From: Octopus sinensis
Taxonomy: Eukaryota
NCBI RefSeq assembly: GCF_006345805.1
Contig: NC_043000.1
Location: forward strand, 3,534,001-3,598,000
DNA length: 64,000 bases
Reading direction: 5' to 3'
Part shown: one piece after another, positions 39,872 through 52,105 of the stretch
Numbering within the stretch: the first letter of the stretch is position 1
How the letters are laid out: the number at the start of each line of letters is the position of its first letter
Made by a program: the position numbers and the translations under genes
Notes under the pieces: generated by a model
What the model saw: the letters and a program-made list of their open reading frames with translations, nothing else
The model's database searches: none
Told to the model about the DNA's origin: nothing

Positions 39872-40163
39872 TACCAACATGTAACTATATAAAGTTTTAC
39901 ATTACAACTATCATTTGATTATACATCACCATCATCATCCTTATCCTTAATATCTGTTTTCCCTGCAGGCATGAAATAGACTGGTCTGCAGAATGACACA
40001 TTTCATTTGATCTTCTCTATCACAAAACCCTTCATTCTGCAATCTCTTCTCGCCACTTCTAAATGTCTTCCTCTACAACAAATACTCTCTAGTGCTATAA
40101 CATGGAACATTCTCATCCATCACTCACCACCATATTTTACATGCACAACATACTTCTAATATA

Positions 40164-41614
40164 CACTGAACCACAAAAGAAACACGATTTTTTCAAATGT
40201 CATTTTTATTTGGTAAATTCTGAAAATTTATTTCGGGGATGTAAGTGTAAAGTCATGCTGGTTTATGACTGAGACCCAAATTGCAAGAAACCTTTCAACT
40301 TTTCCTGAAATGAGACACCAAAACGCAGATGTGTTGAATACCATGGATGGCAGTCACAATCAATTGTCAAGAAAACCGAAAAGCATATGCATCTCGTGGA
40401 GGTTATGGGTATAAAAATCAACTTGAACCGCGTTCCTGGTATTCGTAATTTGGACACATCTGGTATGACCCAATTGTCAGCAGTGCAGAGAGAACAAGCT
40501 ATTGGCCGATTGCAAACAGGGCAGGTTACCCTGGTTGTTGTGAAAGCTTACAATATCCATGTCAACACCATCTATTGTCTGCAACATCGATACAACAACA
40601 CCAAAAGAACTGCAGACCATGCCTGTACAGGGCGCCTCCAGTGACCATGCCTAGGCAGGACCACTTCATCTACTTGCAATATCACTGTCATTGCTTCAGA
40701 CTGGCCAGCATGACAGCTCACGAGACCATTGGCACTGGATAGTGACCCATCAGCAACGACATGGTTTGGTATTGATTGGCTGCCAACAACCCGCATTGCC
40801 ATCGTCCTGCTCAAGGGCCTGTCCTCACCGCCCGCCATTATCAGGCACAACTACAGTGGGCTACACAGCACCAACATTGGCGACATCAACAATGGAGGTC
40901 GATAGTCTCCTCTGATGAGAGCTGGTGCTGTGTTTCCACCTTGAAAGGCAGAGAGTGTGGCGTAGGAGGGGTGAATGCTACAGAGATGCAGGTGTCATAG
41001 AGAGAGATGCATGGGCTGGTCAAAGCACCATGGTTTGGGGTGCTATAGGCCTGAATCAGAGAATTGGGTTATATGTGTTCCAAAATGTTGGTGCAAGGAG
41101 AGGGAATGGCATCACAGTGCAGCTCTACATTGACCAGATCCCAAGACCTCACATCATGCTCTTCTTTGTGTGTCATCATAGCCACGTACTCCAGCAGGAT
41201 AATGTTCCCTCCCACATGGCCAGGTTCACCAATGGACTTTCTGCATCAGCACAACATCAGAACTATGCCATGGCTGGATCTTAGCCCAGATCTGAATCCT
41301 TTTGAACACTTGTGGGATGAAATCCAGAGATGGCTGAACCAAGTCGTCCCAAGGCCAACAACTCATGTGGAACTAGAGGCAGCTTTCCTCAGGGTGAGGG
41401 CACAGATGCCAATAGATTTTGCAAACCGCCTCATGCACTCCATGTACCAACAGTGTATGGCCATTTTGAACAATCACAGTATTGAACATGTCATCCAAGA
41501 AATTGTATCCAAGAAATTGACTTTATCAGATTTATCAAAATTTATCTCTGACATAATGAAATTAAAACATATTTCACAGTCACACACGTCTCGCATTTCT
41601 TTTGTGGTGCAGTG
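40164..41614 (+). mobile_element. Full-length dead Tc1-family transposon with TA TSDs
   Basis: TA|cactgaaccacaaaagaaa ... tttcttttgtggtgcagtg|TA; 1451 bp. Confidence 0.95.
40465..41490 (+). pseudogene. Tc1 DD34E transposase pseudogene
   Basis: MTQLSAVQREQAIGRLQTG (paired-like HTH), W..IVSSDES, MVWGAIG, LQQDN..H, W..LSPDLNPFEHLWDEI; split by frameshifts over the ORFs at 40387, 40776, 40925 and 41064. Confidence 0.95.
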
Positions 41615-41668
41615 TACAGTCACTCTCTCAGTTCACTTGTACTTTAAAGTTAAGAGCATTATACTTAA

Positions 41669-41888
41669 CCCTTTAGTATTCTGATGACTCTGTCAAATAT
41701 AAAGCTTATTTATTCACATTGTTTCGAATTAATCATACATTATCTTGTAGCTCTGAAATTTCAATGATGTGGTTGTTTATTTTTAGAATGACATTGTAGG
41801 GTGGGTGTGAGAGGCTGAATCTTGCTGATCTGAACATAAAAGAGGCAGAATATTTGAGTCACATATGGCTGGTTTAAATGCAAAAGAG
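41669..41888. mobile_element. piggyBac-type MITE
   Basis: TTAA|ccctttagtatt left end; decayed right end aatgcaaaagag|cta. Confidence 0.55.
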
Positions 41889-41989
41889 CTATGGTTAAGT
41901 ACATTATACTTAACTAAGTTCTCCCCAACCTCTATAGATTTTCTTTTGCATGCTGTATAAAAGCTATGCTGAACAACATGACTTCTATT

Positions 41990-42650
41990 CTGCTATCCAT
42001 GGACCTGCCAAGGAAGAACCAACAATAGCAGAAGATGGCAGTATTTTGTCAGATTATAAAATAATCCCAAATCACTGAACCAAATGCTTCAAAAACTTGC
42101 TCAAAGACCACCAATTTGCCTCAGATGGCTGACATGATGATCTCTACACTTTAGCACCATTCCTGGTTCATATTCTATTCTTAGCAAATTTTAAATATGT
42201 TGATACCATAACGATCTTAAGAGAAGTTATAAGATCATAAGAAATGAAGGCATGTGTACAAAGAATGAGTCATAGCTGTGGATCAGATTCAATATCAACA
42301 AGTGGAAGAAAGTACCACAAGGAGGGAAGGAGACTGATGCTAACTTCTGGGACAAAGGCCATCTTTGTAGCTTCAGTGCTGAATTTTGTGACCAATCACT
42401 CATCTCAAAGATCAGAAGACACATTCATGATAAATGGAAACATCATCTTCAAAAGAAAGATTACAATGAGTGAGAGAGCACAATGTTCCATCACACCTAT
42501 TACACAAACTTCCTGTGTTAGCTGATACATTTAATATCCAGGCACAAACTCAGCTCAGAGTGAAATCTGGGATCTAAAGAAACTGGAGATGGTCTGCATT
42601 TGCAACAATTATTCCAAAGGAGAGTTTCGTGATTTATGATAAATTAATTG
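41990..42650 (+). mobile_element. Very decayed RTE-like LINE fragment
   Basis: HGPAKEEPTIAEDGSILSDYKIIPNH*TKCFKNLL resembles YGP...P....DG..L.D...I..RW.EHF..LLN; IIFKRK downstream. Confidence 0.4.
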
Positions 42651-44463
42651 CTGCAAGGAGTGAAGAATCTAATGAGACCTTGTACTAAATCTGAGTGTGA
42701 GGAAAAAAGAGAAAGTGGTCTTGTAGCTTGGGGGTTTCTCCTTTCCTCTTGTTCAAATAAAAAGCAAAGCCTGAAACATTCTTTTCTATATTACTTATAG
42801 TAAACAAACTTATTGAACTCTTTCCTAACCCAATACATTTATATGATGATAAACATTAGGCACACCTCATCAGATCATACTTAAATCATTTCTTTCTAGT
42901 CTCCAGATGTCTTTCATATTCAATGGTCAAATCACACTATCATGTAGCTTCCCGATATATACTCAAGCTTATACAGTCTGCCTCTCACATTTAAAGAGAA
43001 ACGCTATGTTGTTAATAGAGAACATCTAGAATACCTAAATCTCTTTCTTATACTTTTACTATAACCGTCTGCAGCATCAATGAGGTAAAAGAAACAACCT
43101 ACTTCTACTAAACCAGCATAGACAATATAGCAACCACTGCATAATTAATCGATCTGTTTGAAATATCGAAGCAAACCCTTCTGCTTCAAAAGGGATGAAC
43201 ACACTAGTGTGGATGATGGATGTTTTGGGCATGGTTGGACCATCATTGATTTGAGGTTTGTTTGATCAGGACTGATCTGAAGCTAATCAACAACAAATCC
43301 AGCTGGAGTCAACATAGTCACTTGACCTTCGAGACACAGCAGTAAAATACCTCATATCATACAAGTACTTTAAAGAAAGAAAAGCACATTTATATAATTT
43401 ACTTCTTGATACACTACATCTGAATAAAGATGGGATGGTCATGGCTGGAATGCTTTTGATAATAGATCAATTGGATCAGGGCTGACCTGGGACTAAACTG
43501 CAACTGACCTATCTAGGCAGCTCAAAAACATTAGCTTCACACATAGAAATGCATCATTGAGTAATGAAGCTACATATAAAGAGAAACATGATTAGATCTT
43601 TCAAGGGGTAAAAAATGAGAATATGAAATATGCATCTTTGTTAAACTGAGCTCTTTCCTCACCAGAATGATCATTAACTTTCTCTCTTCACCTCCTCCTT
43701 ACTGCTATGTGATGTTTGCTAAGAAGCAGGGATAAGGTAAAACAGGCAGTTACAACAATAACTTGTTAATAAAATAACTGGGGCTAAAAGGCTTGTGATT
43801 AGTCTCCAAGAAGTGAGGTGGTCTCTACATCAGAGAGAAATCCTACCTGTTGAATAAAGTAGAAAATGATGGGTGCCTCAGAAGTTACATGGATAATGAG
43901 TTCTTCAAAAGGCATTACTAACATAACATCCTGATTAGTATTTTCACAGCAAAATAAGAATTCTCTTGATTCACTCTAGCACTTTCATATAGAAAAAGGC
44001 TTTTCTATATAAGGTTATTGAAAATGTAGAGGTTATTGTGATAAAAATACAGAAAAGCAAGGAAATAGTATTTTAGTGACCAATTCAAAGATTTTGGTCT
44101 GAAGTAAAAATCTGAAGCCCTCTCAAGAAAAACATTCCGATGTTGAGGTAGGTCTGAAAAAATGTACTGTTCTGGGAGAGTCATAAAAGTATATCAGTAA
44201 CTTTATTAAAGATGGATATATAAATATATACATCATCATCATCATTACGATGTTTAAATGTCCACTTTTCCATGCCTATATAGGTTGAACAGAATTTGTT
44301 CAGGTGGATATACTATGACTGGATGCCCTTCCTGTTGCCAACCATCACTTGCTTCCAAACATGATCAAACATGTTATCATGGAAGATTAGAAACAAAGGA
44401 CACCACTTGCATGATGATGACACTTGCTTATGATTAAAATTGGTGTCAAGGCAGTGACACCCC

Positions 44464-44495
<32 letters not shown>

Positions 44496-44498
<3 letters not shown>

Positions 44499-44668
44499 GT
44501 AAAAACACCCACTACACTCTCGGAGTAGTTGGCGTTAGGAAGGGCATCCAGCTGTAGAAACTCTGCCAGATCAGATTGGAGCCTGGTGCAGCCATCTGGT
44601 TCGCCAGTCCTCAGTCAAATTGTCCAACCCATGATAGCATGGAAAGCTGATGTTAAACAATGATGATA
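44496..44668 (+). mobile_element. Young family B copy, inverted relative to the adjacent old copy at 44232-44470
   Basis: gcacgtaaaaacacccactacactctcggagtagttggcgttaggaagggcatcc..ccatgatagcatggaaagc. Confidence 0.9.
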
Positions 44669-44704
44669 TATATATATATATATATAATATATATATATAT
44701 ATAT

Positions 44705-44955
44705 GTATAAACACAAAGTATGGGGGTTTAGTTCACAAGTGATCTAAACGATTAGGTATGCTAGGTAAGTGCTGTAACAGATTACTAGGGCTCACTTTCC
44801 CTATTTTTCCCTACTTGTCTCTGATGACGGAATATCCCATACTCCGGGATATCCCAGAAACAGTTGTAAGACTTTGAATTTTATCCAATAATAATATTGT
44901 ATATGACTTGAGATCTTTGCCTTGCCATAATGTTTGTTGTCCTCTTTAACAATTA
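44705..44955 (+). mobile_element. Short Penelope-like terminal (pLTR-type) fragment inserted in (TA)n
   Basis: Contains a hammerhead motif followed by an aataataa-rich tail; bounded by TA repeats. Confidence 0.6.
44817..44872 (+). ncRNA. Minimal type I hammerhead ribozyme motif
   Basis: Stem I GTCT/AGAC; CTGATGA 44821-44827; stem II GGAATATCCC/GGGATATCCC (9 of 10 paired); GAAA 44857-44860; stem III ACAGTTGT (one change from palindrome ACAGCTGT); GTA cleavage triplet, predicted cut after 44868. Confidence 0.75.
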
Positions 44956-47130
44956 TATATATAAACACATGTACATAATGGCCTTCTGTCATTTTCTATC
45001 TACCAAATCCACTCACAAGACACTTGCCCAAAGTGCTATGCAGTGGGACTGAACCTGAAGCCATATGGTTGGAAAGCAAGCTTCTTACCACACAGCCACA
45101 CCTGCACATAGATATATATATGTGTGCATGTATTTATGTTGTTTAGCCCCAGGGTCAGTCATGATTCAGTATACCTATAATCAAAAACTTTCAAATCATG
45201 GCCATTCTCTCTTTTTCCCTATCTACACTTTCAGTAAATCCTCATAGTTTTTAAGACAGCAGAAAGTAATTTGAGACAAGTTTACTTGCCATTTCTAGCA
45301 ACCATATGATCATATAGAATGAACTCAAGTAGGCAGAGATATGGTACATCCAGTAAAATAGATCTGTGTGTCACATCTAATCATTCAGCCAACCACTTGT
45401 GTTTGCTTGATTGGAGCTGACCTGGAGCTCCCACAACAAAAAAAGCTTAGAAACTCATTGATGAATCAAAAGCAACTTTTGATGTAGGGTGTTGTTGTTC
45501 TTGCTTAGCCCCAGGTTTAACCTGACTGGGCAGATTTATGATCAAAGCTGTGGCTCTCTACTTTATTAGGGGTAAGATTATCTAATGTGTTCTTATATAT
45601 GATGGTATAGCATGATTTGAGGGAGACATGGCTACTATATTTAATAGATTAAGCAATCACATGAAGACCTTCTTGCTAAGAGCAAGTTAGATCATTGCCT
45701 TTGAATGTTGAGAGAGGTATTTAGAGTAACTTTTCATCCAACTTGAAACCAGTTACAAGCTGGGGTGGGAGGAGGAAACTTAGATAGACTAATTACATTC
45801 TTGTAACACAAGCGGCCTTTCTCTTATGTCCTTATTTTTAGTTTTTACATTCATCCAACCCCCTACTGAATGCAAATTGGTAGAATTATTAGAGTGTATT
45901 TAGGCACAGCCCTTTATTTTCCAAGTGCAAATCCTGCCCACTTCAACTTTGCCTTTCATTCTTCTGGTGGTTGGGGGAAAAAAAAGCCTCAGTTAAGTAT
46001 TGGGGTAATTATATATGTTTATAAGACATCTAGATGTGAATGGAATGATAATAGAGACCTAAAATTACATTATTTCACTATAAAGTTAATGTAATCATTT
46101 TGTTCTATTTTTGCATCCAACTCATCACATGGTCACATGGTCCCTCACTGTTCCACTGATGTGAGGGAACAGTCTCACTATGAGTCAGTTAAAATGCCAC
46201 TGTCAGTTACTAACTTCCAACACATAAAACATTCCTGCACAAAATATTAACATTAATGCTAGTGTTGTCTTTTTCTGCCCTTCTCTTTCCTCTTCCTTTC
46301 ACTTAAAGACTCTTTCATACACACACACACGCGCACACATGCATCATCATCATCATCATCATCACCATTTTCTGTCCACTTTCCAATTGTGCATGAGCCA
46401 AATGAGAATCACTGAGGCACATTTTCTAAGAATGGATGCCTTTCCTGTTACCAACCCTTACCTGTTTCCAAGCAAGGTAATACTTTCACATGGAAAGACA
46501 TGTTTTTCCTGAAAGACTGAAAATGAACAACATCACTTGTATGATGGTGATGCTTGCTTACAAACATCACTTGATGTTTGTAAGGAGAAACAAACATACA
46601 TACACACACACATATAGTAGTTTAGTGTTTTGCTTAGAAGCAAAGCACAGAACCAGAATTTTCAACTCAAACCAAAAACCAACAAACTACTTCAAATTAG
46701 AGTAGCCACATACGTGGTGTCAGGACCGGCTCGTTTGAGCTTGCATCAAGTCATATAACTAGTAATAATGAAGTCATTTATTTTGTTTAGTTTGATTATT
46801 GCAAGTTTTATATAGATGTGATGGGCTTATTTCAGCTTCTGTCAACCAAATCTATTCACAAGGTTTTGGGCATCCTGGAGTTATGCTACAAGACACTCTG
46901 CCCAAGGTACAATGCAGTGGGACTGAACACAAAACCATGTTGTGGGGAAGTGAGCTTCTAAACCACACAACCCAGCCTGTACATAATTCAATTAAAATAA
47001 TTACTTTTACAATTTACAATGAGTAATTTACAATTAAAATTCTTTAAAAAAATATGTAAGAGTAAGCTAAAAGCTAAAGGAAATACAAAGCAGAAACTTT
47101 TTTTATACATACAAATACATAAAGGGTAAA

Positions 47131-47465
47131 TACCTCCTTCAGTCATGAATGACCATGGGATTGCACCTAGGAAGTTACCCTCTGAGGCACAAGTCTGAGC
47201 AAGGCTGTTTATAGAAGACCAGCAGTCACCCATGCATACCAGCCTCCCCTCTCCGTGCCACTGATGTCATCCAAGGCAAAGGCAAATGCCAATCCTTTGC
47301 CAATACAGCTTGGCACCAGTGACGTCACAACTCATTTCTACAGCTGAGCAAATGAGAGCAGCATGAAATAAAGTGTCTTGCTCAAGAACACAACACGCAG
47401 CCCAGTCTGCAAATCAAACACACTACCTCATGATTGTGAACCCAACACTCTAACCACTGATTTAC
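47131..47465 (-). mobile_element. tRNA-derived SINE family D (CORE-like centre, distinct hairpin tail)
   Basis: Reverse complement has head tcagtggttagagtgttgg, core gtgttcttgagcaagacactttatttca..ctcagctgtagaaatgagt, and tail hairpin ggtcattcatgact. Confidence 0.8.
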
Positions 47466-47662
47466 ACATTAGGGGAGGAAGGACACAGCTCATGACTTTT
47501 GCAGAGATCCCTACATTAATGGAATTAATGCAGCTGATGTCTAACATGTATGTCTGCAGTTTCATATCCAGTAGCTGGATGGGTTGAGGGTTGAGGGGTC
47601 TGATCTAAATGCTTACAACAGTGAACTCTACTGTAGTCGCCTAGATGTGCCAATTACAGGTA

Positions 47663-47881
47663 CAAGGTGGTGCTGAAAAGTTCCTAGCTTTGGGTAAAAA
47701 ACAAAATACAGGAAGTCCAGTTAATTATGATTTTATTCAACATATTCCCCTCTTAGATTCACACACTTATTGTAGTGGCCCTTCAGTTTTTCTAAGGCCT
47801 GTAAAAAAACTCAGAAGGTTGGGCCTCCAACCAGGCCATTTGCGATATTTTTAAAGCCAGGAACTTTTCAGCAGCCTCTTG
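47663..47881. mobile_element. Mariner-type MITE
   Basis: TA|caaggtggtgctgaaaagttcctagcttt ... aaagccaggaacttttcagcagcctcttg; about 28-bp TIRs. Confidence 0.85.
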
Positions 47882-48147
47882 GATGTAATATGATAACATT
47901 TTACTAAACAAAATTTCTAAAGTGGTTTCTTTGGCTGAGAAATAACCAAAGAGAAAAATAAACTGATACTTCACATGATCTGAGAAAGAAAGATATAATG
48001 TCAGATACCATCAGGCACTTTCCTAATGTTTTAGGATATGGGCTAACTCTTCTCAAATATATTCTAATGATTTGGAAGAGTCATATCACATATGCTTATA
48101 AACATACCGGTTGCTGCCTTTCTCTAAAGTTTTTTTTTTTTCACCAC

Positions 48148-48313
48148 AGGAGTGGCTGTGTGGTAAGTAGCTTGCTTACCAACCACATGGTTCCGGGTTC
48201 AGTCTCACTGCGTGGCATCTTGCACAAGTGTCTTCTGCTATAGCCCCGGGCCGACCAATGCCTTGTGAGTGGGTTTGGTAGACGGAAACTGAAAGAAGCC
48301 TGTCGTATATATG

Positions 48314-48348
<35 letters not shown>

Positions 48349-48560
48349 ATATGTTTGTGTGTCTGTGTTTGTCCCCTAGCATTGCTTGACAACCGATGCT
48401 GGTGTACTTATGTCCCCGTCACTTAGCGGTTCGGCAAAAAGAGACCGATAGAATAAGTACTGGGCTTACAAAGAATAAGTCCCGGGGTCGATCTGCTCGA
48501 CTAAAGGCGGTGCTCCAGCATGGCCGCAGTCAAATGACTGAAACAAGTGAAAAAGAAAGA
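48148..48560 (+). mobile_element. Young full-length SINE family A
   Basis: A-box tggctgtgtgg, B-box ggttcagtctc, CORE-like cttg.caagtgtctt, internal TA/TG microsatellite, tail taaaggcggtgctccagcatggccgcag; many CpGs intact. Confidence 0.92.
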
Positions 48561-49489
48561 ATTATCCCTGTGAATTTCTCGGTGGATATATATTTTCAAG
48601 TGAGTTAAAAAAAAAATCTAAAGAGAAGACTACATGGGTAGTGCGGCAAACAAAAAGAAAGGTGGTGGTGGGGAGAGATAAAAGAAATAAAGATAAACAA
48701 TCGTGTTTATGGGCTTCAACAATATTATGACTTCCAAATTATAACAAACAATATTAGTTTCAAAACATCGTTTCGGATCAAAATTCTTACAAAACAAATT
48801 CAAAAATGAAAAATTACATAAACTATGAAATCAAATGTCTGTGGTGAGGGCAAATGAACCATGAAATGATATATAAATTATATTATAGATTTATTAAGTA
48901 AGAGGATGGTAGTGCAAATAAACACGGGCGAGATGGATACAGAGTTAGGTGACTTCCAATGAAATCTCTTTCAATAACCATAAAAAAGCCTGTTTGTTAA
49001 TCCTTTTGGAATAAATCGTCATTCAGCATCATCAATGTCATTACCATTATTTATATCATCATCTTTTTTTTTTCTGTCTATATTTCCATACTTTCATCAT
49101 TTAGATATTTGTCACTGAGCCAATTCAACAAGAGCTGTATTAACATTTTGTTTATTAGAGCATGTATAACTGGAGCCAAGATATTTTTCCTTTTTTTTTT
49201 CCTCTTTTAGTAAGAATGAGAGTGAGAAACAGAGTTAAGGAAAGAATAGCAATGAAGTATAATAAAATGTTAAAAGCTAAGTAAGCTGCATATAATGAAT
49301 GCTATTAATTATTATTATTATCATCATCATTTTTTTTTTTTTTTTTGCAACGAGGATGGATAATGGGATATTACAAGGACAAATAAAAACAGTAGGGGTT
49401 TATGTAGAAATCAATTATGAAAAACTAGGTTTGGAAAACAACAGAATACAAAAGGAATATGAAATGAGATGTTCCAATAGAAGGACAGC

Positions 49490-49720
49490 AGCCCACAGCC
49501 AATAAAGGAACCTCATAGATCCTTGATTACCTTCTTGCCAAGAACAAGTGCCCACTCCCAGTTGTGGTTCCCCATCCAACAGGCACATCTTGAAGGTAGA
49601 TACATTCACGCAGGCCATACTCAGCACTCTTACCCACCTTTCAGGTAATTTTCCCTTCAACAATTTTCTCTCAAAAGATATATTATTGGTTTGGCCACAC
49701 ATTCTGTTATCTACAGAGTG
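49490..49720 (-). mobile_element. Decayed RTE-like LINE 5' (endonuclease start) fragment
   Basis: RVLSMACVNVSTFK..GVG resembles LRVGTLNVGTMK..GVG. Confidence 0.35.
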
Positions 49721-50294
49721 AACTCATCCATGATGCAATTGTACCTGAGCTCTTTCTAAGATGGATCTTGAATTAATATTTGGTGCTCATGTGTACAGAG
49801 TCTGCTGTTGGAACTGTGATCACCTGGTGTTATTGGCTTCTGTTCATGATGATGAGGATTTACTGGTTGGTACTGGCTCAACTCATTCCAAGTAAACACC
49901 AACAACAACATAATGCTTAGCTCTTAATATTTCTACAATCAATTATAGATAAATACCATTCAAGTGCTAGGTCAATCTAATTCACCCTTACCATCTCAAT
50001 AGGTTGAACCTCATATGGCTACATTAGAAATTATCATAAACATCTGAAAACATCCAAAATTCATTTTGGATTAAGATGCATTCAACTTCATAGTAGATTG
50101 ATACAAAGTAAAAGCAACAAGCAGTACTGGAGGAGAACTATGACAGTTAATCAAGTGAGAACTAGTCAACCACATAAAGAGTGTACATACTTCGTTCTAG
50201 TTTGGCAATTATAAACTGTGCCTTTAATGTACAGTATATAGTGGCCAGGGCTTACTTTAAAAGATTTCAAAGGGAAACATGAAAATATACTTAC

Positions 50295-50315
50295 ATCATC
50301 CATCAAGTTTTCAAA
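50295..50315 (-). CDS. Candidate 21-nt coding microexon, FENLMDD (phase 0-0)
   Basis: Minus strand: cttttttttcttatatttcag|TTTGAAAACTTGATGGATGAT|gtaagt. Ideal acceptor and donor, only one open frame, length divisible by 3. Confidence 0.65.
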
Positions 50316-51280
50316 CTGAAATATAAGAAAAAAAAGTTATTATTTCATTTAATAACACTTTTGGAGATAGCTTAAACAGAATATATTAAAAATCATTTTT
50401 TTTTTTTACATAGTAGATTCTGAGAAACATATCATTTACAGTAAAGACTGTTGATTATAACACCAGCTCAGCTGTGATTAAGCAATCCTATGGCATGCAT
50501 GTAGTGGACTGGATGAATCAATGTAACACAGGTCTACCTTTCTAGTTATACTCTCTCTCTCTTTACTTTTGTACTAGACTTCTACCTCGCTAAAGACCAT
50601 ACTTCGATATTCTCACCACCAGTCTACTTCTGTACTCCAGCCAATACTAATGGTGGCCACAGTGGAGGCATGCATGACAGATTTGGTCAGAGAATGACAG
50701 TTGCTTTCATTTGTACTTATTGGTGGCATACATTTCAGCACAATGTTTGGGCTAATGTACTATTTATGTTTCAAATATTATTGTGTTTTTGCTTGTTTAG
50801 GCTGAGTGGAAGTGATAGCATTTGTAGGATACAGCTGTACTATTGTTTTGGAGTGCTATTCATGTATCTGGGTGTTTGGAGGCAATTGTTTTCCCACGGT
50901 AGAAGTAGCTGTGATAGTTGAAGAGAAAATTACTATCAGTCACCCATTTATCCAAGAGAAACAAGAATGTTGTGCAAACAATACATTAGTTCTATTGGGG
51001 ATCAAGTTACTCCTTCACGAGGGTCCAATCTCTCCACAACAAACCACTACGAATGCAAAACAGCATACTATGCATCATCACAGATTATATACAGATCACA
51101 TCCACAAACCACCCATACAAAGAAAATATTTAAAAAATCAAAACCATCTGGACAGGCAAGGGACAGTTTTGTTACTGCAGCAAACTTCAACCATCACTAT
51201 ACGAACGGTAAATTGCTATGGCATAACCAGAACAAAATGTCATTATGTTCTGTCGAGTGTGTTCTTCAAAATAGATTTTA

Positions 51281-51340
51281 AATAATATTCGCTTTCATGA
51301 AAGCGAATATTATTAATGTTAATTTGTACAAATTAACATT
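51281..51340. repeat. Two abutting perfect palindromes (34 bp + 26 bp)
   Basis: aataatattcgctttca|tgaaagcgaatattatt followed directly by aatgttaatttgt|acaaattaacatt. Confidence 0.95.
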
Positions 51341-52068
51341 TTAGACAATCTAAATGAAGTAATATATCAAGCATTATTTTAAATCTTTAAAATCTGGTTA
51401 GAACAATTTAGGAAACAGAAATACAACCAAGTTAGTCTCATATAGCAACATCATCATCATCATCGTTTAACGTCCGTTCTCCATGCTAGCATGGGTTGGA
51501 CCATGTCAAATAATAACAGATGTGAGAGAGCAGCTGAAATGATAGTGATAACAGTAACAATACTGATCATGATGACAAGAATGATTATAATAATGTCAAT
51601 TATATTATATAACGTAATTTCATCAGAAGATGATGCTAAAAATAATGGTTGTTCTTTTGTTCTTCTACTGGTTTCATTTTATCTTTTTCATTTCATTAAA
51701 TTATATGTAGGCTTCCAAGAATTGCATAATACTGCAGCATCAGTTACTATACACTTCTCCAGTACAAAGAATATTTTAACACTAACCAGACTCCCCATAA
51801 TATATTTATATGATGCACAGATTAAACAACAGAACCTAATCTATTAAAGAACCTTTTCAAATGATAGAGAAAACGTATGAGATAGAAATAAAATCTAATC
51901 AGGGGCCCTTGAATCATTTAGATATGGGAATAAATATAATGAATCATGGCATGTAATAATAGATGTACAAAGACATTAATGATTGATAGCAGGTGCTAGA
52001 ACAGGTACAAATTGTTAAGTTGGCATTAAAGCGACAGATATTATCAATTACACACACATGCACTCTCT

Positions 52069-52105
<37 letters not shown>

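Noticed and set aside
49992-50018. 27-nt minus-strand exon candidate (PYEVQPIEM) with gtaagg donor
   Set aside because: Appears to lie in a decayed family C SINE tail and has a weak acceptor; no support beyond chance.
50295-50315. Assignment to diaphanous formin (FEKMMEDMNL-like)
   Set aside because: Seven residues are insufficient and the next candidate exon does not continue with MNL.
50806-51285. 159-aa and 104-aa overlapping ORFs
   Set aside because: No recognisable host protein; FVTAANFNHH hints at a decayed LINE endonuclease (GDFNAHH) but is too weak to call.
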